Notes under the pieces: model-generated
The model's database searches: none
What the model was told of the DNA's origin: nothing
The model's input: only the letters and a program-made list of their open reading frames with translations
Shown here: positions 47,005 to 58,041 of the stretch, one piece after another
Position numbering within the stretch: position 1 is the stretch's first letter
How the letters are laid out: every line of letters starts with the position of its first letter
NCBI GenBank assembly: GCA_963666215.2
Contig: CAXWPL010000002.1
Span: forward strand, 352,001 to 416,000
Direction: 5' to 3'
Length of the DNA stretch: 64,000 nucleotides
DNA from: Acidobacteriota bacterium
GTDB lineage: Bacteria > Acidobacteriota > UBA890 > WLXD01
Program-made: the position numbers and the translations under genes

Positions 47005-47952
47005 ATGGACGTACTGCTCGAAACCGACCTGCCCGGCGTGGACCTTCTGCATCGCGGCAAGGTCCGCGACGTTTACGGACTCGATGATCACCTGTTGATT
47101 GTCACCACCGACCGAGTCTCGGCTTTCGACTGCGTGTTGCCGAACGGGATCCCGCACAAGGGACATGTGTTGACGGCGCTGTCGACGTTCTGGTTCGATC
47201 GGCTCGCCGAGCACGTGCGCAACCACTTGGCCGCGCGGTCCGTCGACGAGTACCCGGCACACCTTCGGCGCTTCGCCGACCAGTTAGTGGGTCGCAGCAT
47301 GTTCGTTCGGCGGGCCGAGCGGTTCGACGTCGAGTGCGTTGTGCGCGGATACCTCATCGGTTCGGGCTGGAAGGACTATCAGGCCAGCGGAGCTGTTTGC
47401 GACATTCCCTTGCCGCGGGGATTGCAGCTCGCCGAGCAGTTGCCCGAGCCGATCTTTACGCCTGCCACCAAGGCCGACAGCGGACACGACGAGAACATCG
47501 GCTTCGAGCGCATGGCGACGATCGTAGGCAGCGACTGGGCTGAGCGCCTACGCGAAGTGTCGCTGTCGCTGTACGCGCAGGCGTCGGCCTACGCTCGTGA
47601 GCGAGGCATCATCATCGCCGACACGAAGTTCGAATTCGGCCTGATCGACGGCGAGTTGACGCTGATCGACGAGGCCCTGACGCCCGACTCGTCGCGCTTT
47701 TGGCCGGCCGAAAGCTACCGCGTAGGGGAGAGTCCACCTTCGTTCGACAAGCAGTTCGTGCGCGACTACCTGAGCACTCTCGACTGGGATCGTACGCCGC
47801 CGGCGCCGGGGCTGCCCGAAGAGGTCGTGTGGGGCACCAGCGACAGGTACCTCGAGGCGCACGAGTTGCTCACCGGGAAGGCGCTGGCGATCGCGCCGAA
47901 GGCAGTGGACACCACGGTCCCGACGGACACCCCGGGAGAACCAACGGCGTGA
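47005..47952 (+). CDS. purC: SAICAR synthetase
   Basis: GKVRDVY, TDRVSAFD, ECVVRGY, FTPATKA, ADTKFEFG, TPDSSRFW, DKQFVRD. Confidence 0.98.
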   Translation: MDVLLETDLPGVDLLHRGKVRDVYGLDDHLLIVTTDRVSAFDCVLPNGIPHKGHVLTALSTFWFDRLAEHVRNHLAARSVDEYPAHLRRFADQLVGRSMFVRRAERFDVECVVRGYLIGSGWKDYQASGAVCDIPLPRGLQLAEQLPEPIFTPATKADSGHDENIGFERMATIVGSDWAERLREVSLSLYAQASAYARERGIIIADTKFEFGLIDGELTLIDEALTPDSSRFWPAESYRVGESPPSFDKQFVRDYLSTLDWDRTPPAPGLPEEVVWGTSDRYLEAHELLTGKALAIAPKAVDTTVPTDTPGEPTA

Positions 47953-48167
47953 GCTCCTCCGGGGACCTGGGCCAGCAGATGCGGTCGCTCGTCGAGAGCC
48001 TGATCGAGCGCGGCATACGGTTGGACGAGGCGCACGAGCAACTCGAGCGACACTTCCTTTCGAGCGTCATGTCGATCTGTTCTGGCAATCAGTCTCGCGC
48101 CGCCGCGCAGCTGCAGTTGCACCGCAACACGCTCCGACGGAAGCTCGAGCGTCACGGCCTTCTGTAG
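47949..48167 (+). CDS. Small Fis-type helix-turn-helix protein
   Basis: GNQSRAAAQLQLHRNTLRRKL; GTGA overlap with purC stop. Confidence 0.85.
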   Translation: MSSSGDLGQQMRSLVESLIERGIRLDEAHEQLERHFLSSVMSICSGNQSRAAAQLQLHRNTLRRKLERHGLL

Positions 48168-48208
48168 CGGACCATCTGGGCTGGAGCGAACGATCCACGG
48201 AGGGTTGT

Positions 48209-48237
48209 TTGACGTCTTCGAGGGTCGCTGCTAGTGT
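48209..48237 (+). promoter_or_regulatory. Sigma-70-type promoter of groESL
   Basis: TTGACG-17 bp-TAGTGT with extended TG. Confidence 0.7.
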
Positions 48238-48263
48238 TGGCACTCGAACCATGAGAGTGCTAG
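48237..48263 (+). promoter_or_regulatory. CIRCE element (HrcA operator)
   Basis: TTGGCACTC-N9-GAGTGCTAG versus consensus TTAGCACTC-N9-GAGTGCTAA. Confidence 0.93.
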
Positions 48264-48375
48264 CGAACCCGCTCTGAGAGCGCCAAATTCCGCGCGCCAC
48301 GCGGGCTTCGCCGCGCCACCATTTTTCACCCCAAACGCACCTACTGTGCGTCTCGCGTAACGAAAGGAGTCATTC

Positions 48376-48687
48376 ATGGCCAAGGCTGCGAGTGCGGTTC
48401 GCGTTCGGCCGCTCTACGACAGGGTCGTGGTTCGTCGCATCGAGAGCGACGACGAAGAGGTTAGTGGAGGGATCATCATTCCCGACACCGCCAAAGAGAA
48501 GCCGCTCGAGGCAATGGTTGTTGCCGTTGGCGAAGGCAAGCGCCTCGATGATGGCTCGCACGCTGCGATGGCCGTCAAGCCTGGTGACACCGTGCTGATC
48601 GGCAAGTACAGCGGCACCGATCTGAAGCTCGACGGTGTGGAATACGTCATCGTCCGTGAGGACGACATTCTCGGAATCGTCAACTAG
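48376..48687 (+). CDS. groES: Co-chaperonin GroES
   Basis: [34 protein letters not shown]. Confidence 0.99.
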   Translation: MAKAASAVRVRPLYDRVVVRRIESDDEEVSGGIIIPDTAKEKPLEAMVVAVGEGKRLDDGSHAAMAVKPGDTVLIGKYSGTDLKLDGVEYVIVREDDILGIVN

Positions 48688-48758
48688 GCACCGTACCGCG
48701 GCACTGCGTGCCCCGGCACTCCCGACACTCATCACGACAACTGAAACAAGAGAGGTGA

Positions 48759-50396
<1,638 letters not shown>

Positions 50397-50424
50397 CCCG
50401 TTCTCGCCGGCTCGAAAGCCAATG

Positions 50425-50466
50425 GAGAGGGCCTGGGGCGGTATTGCCTCGGGCCCTTTCTATTTT
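50425..50466 (+). terminator. Rho-independent terminator after groEL
   Basis: GAGAGGGCCTGGGGC-loop-GCCTCGGGCCCTTTC followed by TATTTT. Confidence 0.8.
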
Positions 50467-50598
50467 GTGCAAGCCTCTGCCGTCGCAGCCACGACGTCCT
50501 TTGCCCGGCCCTAACCAGCTTGCTACGATAGGCGCTACGCTACGCGGCCTTCTGCCGGTCCCGTTCCCGAAGCGATCTCGGACCTAGGAGTGCGTGAG

Positions 50599-51144
50599 AT
50601 GAGAACTGGAACTTCTTTACTGTTGGGCGCGGCCCTTGTGGGCTCGACCTGGATGGCCACAACGCCTGCATCGCAGACCGGCGGAATTGGCCTGGTCAAT
50701 GGGGCGCGGATCCTCGAGGGATCGAACATCGGCCGTCAGGCCCGTGAGCAGCTCGAGACCGCGGCCGGAAGCTGGGAGCAGCGCATCGCCACCGCGGGTA
50801 GCGAGCTCGAGACGCTGACACGTCAGCGGCAGGAGCAGTCGCTCACGCTGAACGTCCAGGCGCTGGCTCGCCTCAACCAGGACATCGAAGAGAAGCAGGT
50901 AATGGTTACGCGAATGCAGGACGATGCGCGGCGCGAGCTGCAGCGCTTCGAGCTGGAGGTGACCGGCCAGGTCAACAGCCAGCTCGGCCCGCTGGTGGAG
51001 CAGTTTGCCCAGCAGCAGGGGCTCGACATGATTTTCGACACGTCGCAGACGCAGGGCCTGCTCTACTTTGGCGCAGCTCGCGATATGACCGATAGCTTCC
51101 TGGCTCTCGTCAACAGCACGCCGGCTCCGACGTCGGCGCAGTAG
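50599..51144 (+). CDS. skp: OmpH/Skp periplasmic chaperone
   Basis: Signal peptide, IGLVNGARILEGSNIG, long coiled coil, GLDMIFD..LLY..DMTD. Confidence 0.85.
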   Translation: MRTGTSLLLGAALVGSTWMATTPASQTGGIGLVNGARILEGSNIGRQAREQLETAAGSWEQRIATAGSELETLTRQRQEQSLTLNVQALARLNQDIEEKQVMVTRMQDDARRELQRFELEVTGQVNSQLGPLVEQFAQQQGLDMIFDTSQTQGLLYFGAARDMTDSFLALVNSTPAPTSAQ

Positions 51145-51152
51145 CAAGACCT

Positions 51153-51539
51153 CTTCCGCGAGGCAGGGGAACCGCTGTCGTGCTCGCGAGAGCCCGGCAG
51201 AGGAAAGTCCGGACTCCATAGGGCCGTGTGCTGGGTAACGCCCAGCGGGGGCAACCCCGGGAAAGTGCCACAGAGAACAGACCGCCTCCGGGCGCGCCGC
51301 GAGGCCGCACGGCGGTAAGGGTGAAACGGTGGGGTAAGAGCCCACCAGTGCTCGCGGTGACGTGGGTAGCTAGGTAAACCCCACACGGAGCAAGGCCAAA
51401 TAGAGGGGCGACGGGTTGGGCCCGGCTCATGCCCCCGGGTAGGCTGCATCAGGCGGCGGGGAACCGTCGTCGCAGATTCATGGTTCCCAGCTCGGCGTCA
51501 GCCGGGTGAACAGAATCCGGCTTACTCGCCTCGCGGAAG
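51153..51539 (+). ncRNA. rnpB: RNase P RNA (class A)
   Basis: GAGGAAAGTCCGGACTCC, GGAAAGTGCCACAGA, GGGTGAAACGGTGGGGTAAGAGCCCACC, GGTAAACCCC, AACAGAATCCGGCTTA; P1 stem CTTCCGCGAGGC/GCCTCGCGGAAG. Confidence 0.97.
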
Positions 51540-51703
51540 TTCTTTTCTCGCTGCCGCCCGCTGCCCTGATTGACGGGGCAGCGGGCAAGCGCGCGCGACA
51601 GTCCTGGGGCCTACCTATCTGATTACGGTTCGATTTCTCGGACTCTCCCAGCGCCGCCAAATTGCGGCCCTTCGATTCGCCATTTGGCCCCAACCCCCAC
51701 CGG

Positions 51704-51738
51704 TCTGAGAGAAGTCCGATTCTCGGACTTCTCTCAGA
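51704..51738. terminator. Perfect 16-bp inverted repeat overlapping the ssb stop
   Basis: TCTGAGAGAAGTCCGA-TTC-TCGGACTTCTCTCAGA. Confidence 0.55.
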
Positions 51739-52198
51739 AGGGGATGTCGTCGTCGGTGACGGGTGGGGTTGCAGATCCGCCGCCGCCACCCGGGTCGCCG
51801 CCGCCGCCACCCGGGTCGCCGCCGCCGCCACCCGGGCCGCCGTAGCTCTGGCCACCGCCGCCGCCACCATCGCTTGCTCGGCCGAGCATCTGGATGTTGT
51901 CGGCCACGACCTCGGTGGTGTACCGGGTGTTGCCGTCGCGGTCTTCCCACTGTCGGGTTTCCAAGCGTCCCTCGATGTAGACCTGTTTTCCCTTGCCCAT
52001 GTACTGGCCGACGATCTCGGCGAGGCGCCTCCAGGCGACGATACGGTGCCACTCAGTTTTTTCCTGGCGCTGCCCGTCCTTGTCGTTCCAGCGGCGGGTC
52101 GTGGCGAGGCTGAAGTTGGCGACCGCCGTGCCACTCTGCGTGTACTTCACCTCGGGGTCGCGTCCGAGGTTGCCAACCAGAATGACTTTGTTGACCAT
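51734..52198 (-). CDS. ssb: Single-stranded DNA-binding protein
   Basis: [35 protein letters not shown]; Gly-rich linker encoded by 18-bp tandem repeats. Confidence 0.99.
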   Translation of the reverse strand: MVNKVILVGNLGRDPEVKYTQSGTAVANFSLATTRRWNDKDGQRQEKTEWHRIVAWRRLAEIVGQYMGKGKQVYIEGRLETRQWEDRDGNTRYTTEVVADNIQMLGRASDGGGGGGQSYGGPGGGGGDPGGGGGDPGGGGGSATPPVTDDDIPF

Positions 52199-52496
52199 CG
52201 ATTTTCCTCTCGTCCAGTGTGTTGCGGTCGGGCTCGGGTCCGGGAGTCGTTCGCGTTCAGGTGGATGTAGATATCAGACGATCACGCGGCCGGAAGTTCC
52301 CGCCATCCGTCAGCGTCCCAGGCACTGCGGCCCGGCGCACTGTCGAGCCGAGGCCGAAACAGATGGCAGCGGCGGCGTGCGTGAAGGTGCCGTAGCCTAC
52401 GCTCTCAGCTCCCCGAGCGAAACCAGGGACGCTCCTGAGAGCATGGCCGTCATCCCTGAAAAGCTGAGCCGCGGCCGCCGCGTGGTCGGTCGCGCC

Positions 52497-53372
52497 CTAG
52501 CTGTCGTCGCACGCCGCCGGCTGGGCGACGTTGAGGCGGCCGAGCTCACGGCAGGCCAACCAGGCGGCGTCGCTCGAGGCGTCGACTCTGACGACGCGCA
52601 GGAGCCCCTCGATGCCGCCGGGGCGATCGCCGAGGTTGATCCGGATGACGGCATCTTTGAAGAGCGCGTCGGGCACCTTCTCGCTATCGGGGTAATCGAC
52701 TAGAAGTGAGCTGAAGGCCTGCAGCGCGGCCTGTGAGTTGCCCTGCGCGTCTTCGCACTCGCCAATCCAATACTGCGCGTCGTCGGCGCGATCGGAGCTG
52801 GAGTAGCGGTTGATGTACTCGCGGAAGCTGTTCACGCAGAGCTGGTAGTCCTCGCGCAAGTAGTCGTTGAAGGCGCTCATGTAGAGCGTCGAGGCGGCGT
52901 TCTCGTCCTGCGGCACCGACGGCCCGGGACTTGGGGCGGCGCTGCCACCCTGGCGCCTCGATGGCGGTAACGCCGTTCCGAGGTCCGGTCGACGTTGGCC
53001 TCCGCCGCCGCTGCTGGCGAGGCGTTCGCTGAGGTCGGCGATACGGTTTTCCAGCATCGCGATCTGTTCCTGCTGTACGGTGATGCGGCTTTGCAGCCCG
53101 CGGAAGTCCTCGCCGCGGTCGGCCTGCTGCGTTCGCAGAGGTTGCAGCGAATTGTCGAGCTCCTGCCGCGCGGCGACGAGCTGCGAGTTCATGCGCGCGA
53201 GCTCGGTCTGCGCATCGGCGTTCTGTGCTTCAAGCGTTGCCGTTCGCGCTTCGAGCGCCTGTACACGCTCGTCGAACGACGAGCAGCCAGCCATGCCCAG
53301 TACGAGCACAGGTACGAGAATCGAAAGAGTCGGGGCATTCGACGTTGCCGCCCCGTGTTGCCGCTTGATCAT
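52497..53372 (-). CDS. cpoB: Tol-Pal-associated CpoB/YbgF (coiled coil + TPR lipoprotein)
   Basis: Lipobox MAGC, coiled coil, DDAQYWIGE, YPDSEKVPDALFK; follows pal. Confidence 0.88.
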   Translation of the reverse strand: MIKRQHGAATSNAPTLSILVPVLVLGMAGCSSFDERVQALEARTATLEAQNADAQTELARMNSQLVAARQELDNSLQPLRTQQADRGEDFRGLQSRITVQQEQIAMLENRIADLSERLASSGGGGQRRPDLGTALPPSRRQGGSAAPSPGPSVPQDENAASTLYMSAFNDYLREDYQLCVNSFREYINRYSSSDRADDAQYWIGECEDAQGNSQAALQAFSSLLVDYPDSEKVPDALFKDAVIRINLGDRPGGIEGLLRVVRVDASSDAAWLACRELGRLNVAQPAACDDS

Positions 53373-53515
53373 GTGCCACCCCCACCTGTTGGCTGTCTGG
53401 TCGCCCGATGTCCCCGCCCAGGGGCCCCGACTACGTGCCCTGATACGCAAAGGGCGGCGACCGGTGTCGGCCGCCGCCCTTCAAACGTGAACTCGTCTCT
53501 TGCGCCGTGGGCGCG

Positions 53516-54097
53516 CTAGTTGTTCGACGTCACCGCTGTCGCCACGAACTCTCCGCGACGGTTCTGCGACCACACGCGCTCGTTGGCGCCCGGCGAGGCC
53601 GGACGTTCTTCGCCGTACGAAATGGTCGCGACGCGGGCGGCGGGGATGCCGAGCGAGACCAGGTAGTCGCGTACGGCATTTGCACGCCGGTCGCCGAGCG
53701 CGAGGTTGTACTCGCGCGTGCCACGCTCGTCACAATGACCGGCGATCTGGACGCGGACTCCCGCGTTGTCACGTAGCCAGGCCGCGTTGGCTTGCAGCGT
53801 TGGCCGCTGATCGGCGCGGATCTCGTCCTGGTCGTAGTCGAAGAACACCGACTTGAGGAACCCACCGGTGTTGATGATGTCGATCGTCAGCTCCGACTCG
53901 CCGGAGTCGATCGGTGTTTCCCACGCCGTGAGCTCAGGCGCCTCGGCCGGTGGTTGCTCGGGGGTCGCCGGCGCCATCACTGGTGCCGCCCCGGGCGTGG
54001 GCGCCGGCGGCTGCTGCTTCCTGCAGGCGGGGAGCACAACAACCAGGGCAGCCAGTGCCAACAGATTGCCTCGGGACAGTGGAGTGTTGAATCTCAT
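53516..54097 (-). CDS. pal: Peptidoglycan-associated lipoprotein
   Basis: LPAC lipobox, FFDYD, GHCDERGTREYNLALGDRRA, SYGEERP, NRR. Confidence 0.98.
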   Translation of the reverse strand: MRFNTPLSRGNLLALAALVVVLPACRKQQPPAPTPGAAPVMAPATPEQPPAEAPELTAWETPIDSGESELTIDIINTGGFLKSVFFDYDQDEIRADQRPTLQANAAWLRDNAGVRVQIAGHCDERGTREYNLALGDRRANAVRDYLVSLGIPAARVATISYGEERPASPGANERVWSQNRRGEFVATAVTSNN

Positions 54098-54130
54098 AGA
54101 GCATCTCCTCGGTGGGTTCCGATAGCCGGG

Positions 54131-55495
54131 TCAGGGGCGGATGCCCCAGCTCGGAGTTTCGTTGTTGCCTATACTCGTTAGCACACGTTGCCGGGTGCCA
54201 TCAAGGCCCATGGCCCAGATTTGGGTTCTCTCGCCGCGTTTCCACTCGAACACGAGCTGACGACCGTCGGGTGACCAGGCGGGTCCTTCTTTCTTCCCAG
54301 AGCCGCGGGTGATCTGAGATGTGCTGTTGGTCCGGAGATCGTACAGGAAAATATCGAAATTCCCACCGCCTGTCGAGGCGGTGTACGAAATGTAGTTTCC
54401 CTCCACTGGTTGCCACACCGGATCGGCCTTCTGTCCGCCGGGCACGCTGAGGCGTCGGACGTTGAGTCCGGTGGCATCCATGACGTAGAGCTGCTGCGAC
54501 CCTGCTCGATCGCTCATGAACACAATTTGGCGGCTGTTGGGCGACCAATCCGGCGACATGTCACCGGCAGAATTGTTGGTGATGCGCGTCTGTTCTGACC
54601 CGTCGGGACGCACCAGGTAGACGTCGGCGTTGCCGGCGCAACTCGATGCGTAGGCGATCTGCGTGCCATCGGGCGAGAACGCGGGGCCGGTCGTCGTGCC
54701 GTTGCAGCCCACAACCTGGCGCGGTTGTCCACCGCTCTGGAACACCAGGAAGAGCTCGGTCCGAGGGAAACCGTCGCGGCGGCGGTAGGTCTGATACACA
54801 AGGCGGTCGCCCTGCGGCGAGAAGCTCGGCGATAGCGCCAGCGACCTGTCTCCTGTAATGCGGCCCTGGTGCTCGCCGTCGGACTCCATGATAAAGAGCT
54901 CCTTCTCGGGGAAGGCCGACTCGCGGTCCGACACGAAGGCGATGAGCGTGTCGGCTGCCCCGCGCGTACCGGTGTAGTGAAGCACCGCTTCGTCGTTGAA
55001 CTTATGGGCGATCCGTCGCGCGCTTTCCAGCGGTTGGCGGTAACGCCTACCCGTGACCTGCCGGCCGTTCTCCACAGCGAAGAGTCGGAAGTCAGCGATC
55101 AGCGCGTCGGCGTCGCGCCGCACGACGCCGCTGATCACGACGTCTGTCGGCGTTTGTTGCCAGGCCTCCCACGGGATCTCGCCGTTGGGGCGCAGCGGCG
55201 GATAGCTCGAGGAATCCGCGACGTCGAACACCATCGAGTTCCGCAGGTCCTCGAGGAGCACGTCATAGAGCATGCGCGCCTCGGCCGACGCGTCGCCTTC
55301 GACGTCGAGCGGCAGAACGGCGATTGGGATCAGACTGCGATCGGTGCGTGAGAGCTCGACGCCCACCTCCTGGTCCTGCTGGAGGGCGCCGCCGGTCGAT
55401 GCCGGCGCCCCGGCGGCAGCCATCAATGCCGCGCTCGCCACGATCGCGCTCGTTGTCAGCCGTGCCGATGTGCGCAGCCGCCGCGACGCTCTCAA
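54131..55495 (-). CDS. tolB: TolB beta-propeller protein
   Basis: IPIAV, RIAHKFND, IAFVSDR, PD40 repeats (PSFSPQG, PAFSPDG, PDWSPNS, PAWSPDG); start uncertain. Confidence 0.93.
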   Translation of the reverse strand: MRASRRLRTSARLTTSAIVASAALMAAAGAPASTGGALQQDQEVGVELSRTDRSLIPIAVLPLDVEGDASAEARMLYDVLLEDLRNSMVFDVADSSSYPPLRPNGEIPWEAWQQTPTDVVISGVVRRDADALIADFRLFAVENGRQVTGRRYRQPLESARRIAHKFNDEAVLHYTGTRGAADTLIAFVSDRESAFPEKELFIMESDGEHQGRITGDRSLALSPSFSPQGDRLVYQTYRRRDGFPRTELFLVFQSGGQPRQVVGCNGTTTGPAFSPDGTQIAYASSCAGNADVYLVRPDGSEQTRITNNSAGDMSPDWSPNSRQIVFMSDRAGSQQLYVMDATGLNVRRLSVPGGQKADPVWQPVEGNYISYTASTGGGNFDIFLYDLRTNSTSQITRGSGKKEGPAWSPDGRQLVFEWKRGERTQIWAMGLDGTRQRVLTSIGNNETPSWGIRP

Positions 55496-55544
55496 GGCCT
55501 TCGCTTGTCTAGCTACTGTCGACGACCCCGAGGGGGGCGCGGGC

Positions 55545-56459
55545 TCACTCCTGACGGAACGCAAAGCGGACTCCCAGCGATTGGCCGCGGTACTCCGCGG
55601 GTAGGGGTGGAAATGGAGCTGCCGCCAACACGGCGCGCAACGCCGCCTGATCGAAGACGTTGTCGCGCGATCCCTGGACCACCTGCGGCCGCACCGCGAG
55701 TTGTCCGGAGCGGCCGATGCGGAAGAACACCGCTGCTTCGCGCTTGCCGATGGTTGCTTCCCAGCGCAGCCCGACCATGTCGCGAATCCGATGGACGTAG
55801 TCGCTGAAGGGGAAGTCCTCAACGGTGAAGCCCGACTGGTTGGCCTCGGTACCCGTGAAATCGATGCCGCTGCGACGGGCTGTTTGCCTCTCCGGAGTCG
55901 GGTCCGGCGTCTTGCGGCGGCTGGCGACCTGAGGTGCTTGGCGCTCCTCTTCCTCGCGCCGCTGACGTTCTTCTTCTTCTCGGCGCTGGCGGGCTTCCTC
56001 CTCGCGTCGCCTGCGCTCAGCTTCGTCGCGGCGGCGTTTTTCGGCTTCCTCCGCGCGGACGCGCTCCGCTTCCAACTCGCGCTCGCGCTCGCGTTGCTGT
56101 TCGAGGCGAACCTCCTCGATACTGCGCGAGATCGGCTCGGGTTCAGTCTCGACGCTCTGCGCCGGCTCTGGTTCTGGGAGAGGGTCCTCCGCCGGCGGGT
56201 CGGCTTCGGGCTGGGGCACGGGCGGCTGTGGCCGCAGCGGCAAGGGCTCGGGTGCTCTCGACTCCGCCGACAGCAGCTGCACCTGCATGATCTGCGGGAC
56301 AACGATGTCGGTAGGTAGGAGCGCCGGGCCCAGCACCACAAGAACCAGCACACTCGCGTGGAATACACACGAGAGGATCAGCGACGATCGAAGGCGCTGA
56401 TCGTCGGCTTCGGCGACGGCGGCCTGGCGAGAGGCGACGGTGGGGCGCAAACGTGGCAT
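55545..56459 (-). CDS. tolA: TolA/TonB-family energy transducer
   Basis: TM with S..FH motif, Pro-rich then E/R-rich helix, FDQAALRAV..PFPPLP. Confidence 0.85.
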   Translation of the reverse strand: MPRLRPTVASRQAAVAEADDQRLRSSLILSCVFHASVLVLVVLGPALLPTDIVVPQIMQVQLLSAESRAPEPLPLRPQPPVPQPEADPPAEDPLPEPEPAQSVETEPEPISRSIEEVRLEQQRERERELEAERVRAEEAEKRRRDEAERRRREEEARQRREEEERQRREEEERQAPQVASRRKTPDPTPERQTARRSGIDFTGTEANQSGFTVEDFPFSDYVHRIRDMVGLRWEATIGKREAAVFFRIGRSGQLAVRPQVVQGSRDNVFDQAALRAVLAAAPFPPLPAEYRGQSLGVRFAFRQE

Positions 56460-56558
56460 CGAACTAACCTAGCAGCCCGCCGGTACCGATATACAGTTCG
56501 GCGGGCTCACATAGCCCATGCGCGCGGCGTCGCTCACCTCCAACGGACCGCGGGGTCA

Positions 56559-56975
56559 TCAGCGCCTCAGCTGCTCGAGACTCGGATCGATCACCAGCCC
56601 AACCGAGCCACCGAGGTTGCGAATGACCGCCATCACCTGCATCACGGTCTGATAGTCAACGGCACCGTCGCCGCGGAACTGCACGCTGCGCCCGGGCGTG
56701 ATGAGCGGCGAAAGTCGGGCTTCGAGCTCGGCATAGGTGACCGGCTCGTTGTTGATGCGGATCTCGCGGTCCGATTGCACAGATACGGTCAGCGATGACT
56801 CGGGCAGCATGTCCATCTGCTGCGTCTGAGGCAGCCGCACGTCGGCGCCTTGAACCATCATCGGCGCGGTGATCATGAAGATGATCAAGAGTACGAGCGC
56901 AACGTCGACGAGTGGTGTGATGTTGATATCCGAGAGGATGCGATCCTCCGATTCGAACCAGCCACTTCCGTTCAT
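56559..56975 (-). CDS. tolR: TolR/ExbD
   Basis: DINITPLVDVALVLLIIFMITAP, RGD..VDYQTVMQVM. Confidence 0.92.
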   Translation of the reverse strand: MNGSGWFESEDRILSDINITPLVDVALVLLIIFMITAPMMVQGADVRLPQTQQMDMLPESSLTVSVQSDREIRINNEPVTYAELEARLSPLITPGRSVQFRGDGAVDYQTVMQVMAVIRNLGGSVGLVIDPSLEQLRR

Positions 56976-57051
56976 TGTCGTGCTCTGCTCCGGTTCATCG
57001 TGATCCGCGGGCGCTCTTCGAGGGTTTCCCGGTTCCCTTCCGTGCTCGGCC

Positions 57052-57741
57052 TCAGGACTCGGTCGGCCATGTTTTTTGCACGACGTTGAGGAACTCGAGA
57101 CCGAAGTCTTCCATGTCGCCCGTGAGCCGCCGAATCCGGCCATTCAGATGGTTGTAGGCGACCACTGCGGGGATCGCCGCAATCAGCCCGGCGGCGGTGG
57201 TGATGAGCGCCGCGCTGATGCCCGGGGCGACGGTTGTCAGGTTGGCGTTGCCGAACGCCGCGATGCTCTGGAACGAGGTCATGATGCCCCACACCGTGCC
57301 GAACAGCCCAATGAACGGAGTGACTGCGCCGGTTGTCGCAAGAAACAGCATGAGGCGCTCGAGCCGGCGGCGTTCGCGGTGCGCGGTGCGTTGCAGCGAG
57401 CGCTCGAGCGTGGGCAGGTGGATCCGCGTGCGCATCGGCGCATCGCGTGTGGCCTTGCTGGCGTGCTCGAGCTGCCCTGAGATCTCGTTGAACCCGGACA
57501 GAAAGATCGGGCTGAGCGGCGTGTGTCGTAGCTGGTCGCAGGCGCCGCGCACCTGCGAGAACTTGCTACTGTTGCGGAACGACTCGAGGAACTTCACGCC
57601 CTCGCGATTGGCCTTGCGGAAGGCCAGAACGCGGTCGACGATCACAGCCCACGAAAAGACCGAGAAGAGGGCCAGCACAACGAGGACGCCAATGGCCAGC
57701 GGCCCGAGGGTGCCAACCAGGCTCAGCACGCTATCCGACAT
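57052..57741 (-). CDS. tolQ: TolQ/ExbB proton channel
   Basis: FLATTGAVTPFIGLFGTVWGIM, VAPGISAALITTAAGL..AIPAV. Confidence 0.93.
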   Translation of the reverse strand: MSDSVLSLVGTLGPLAIGVLVVLALFSVFSWAVIVDRVLAFRKANREGVKFLESFRNSSKFSQVRGACDQLRHTPLSPIFLSGFNEISGQLEHASKATRDAPMRTRIHLPTLERSLQRTAHRERRRLERLMLFLATTGAVTPFIGLFGTVWGIMTSFQSIAAFGNANLTTVAPGISAALITTAAGLIAAIPAVVAYNHLNGRIRRLTGDMEDFGLEFLNVVQKTWPTES

Positions 57742-58041
57742 GAGACCAGGCTGGTTGAGCACGCCGCACACCCCGAAAGCTGTCGGAACCGGAGGAGGGT
57801 TCCGTGCGCGTCCGAACGAGAATCCACCCGGGCTCAGCTCGAACGCGATAAAAGTACCACGGGCTCATATGGCTGTATATGTGCAGCTTGGTCCCCTGGC
57901 GTGCACAACCGGGTGGACGTGTGCAGCTGAGATCAGGCTGGAGCCTGCGACGGCGAAAGCCTTCGCCCGTGGCCATCTCACATGGACAACGGCGATCTCG
58001 ATCGACATGACCCGCGATCAGCTCTCGAGTTCTAGTCGAAC

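Noticed and set aside
51619-51630. 12-bp match (CTGATTACGGTT) to the reverse complement of the IS21 end
   Set aside because: Chance-level length with no extension
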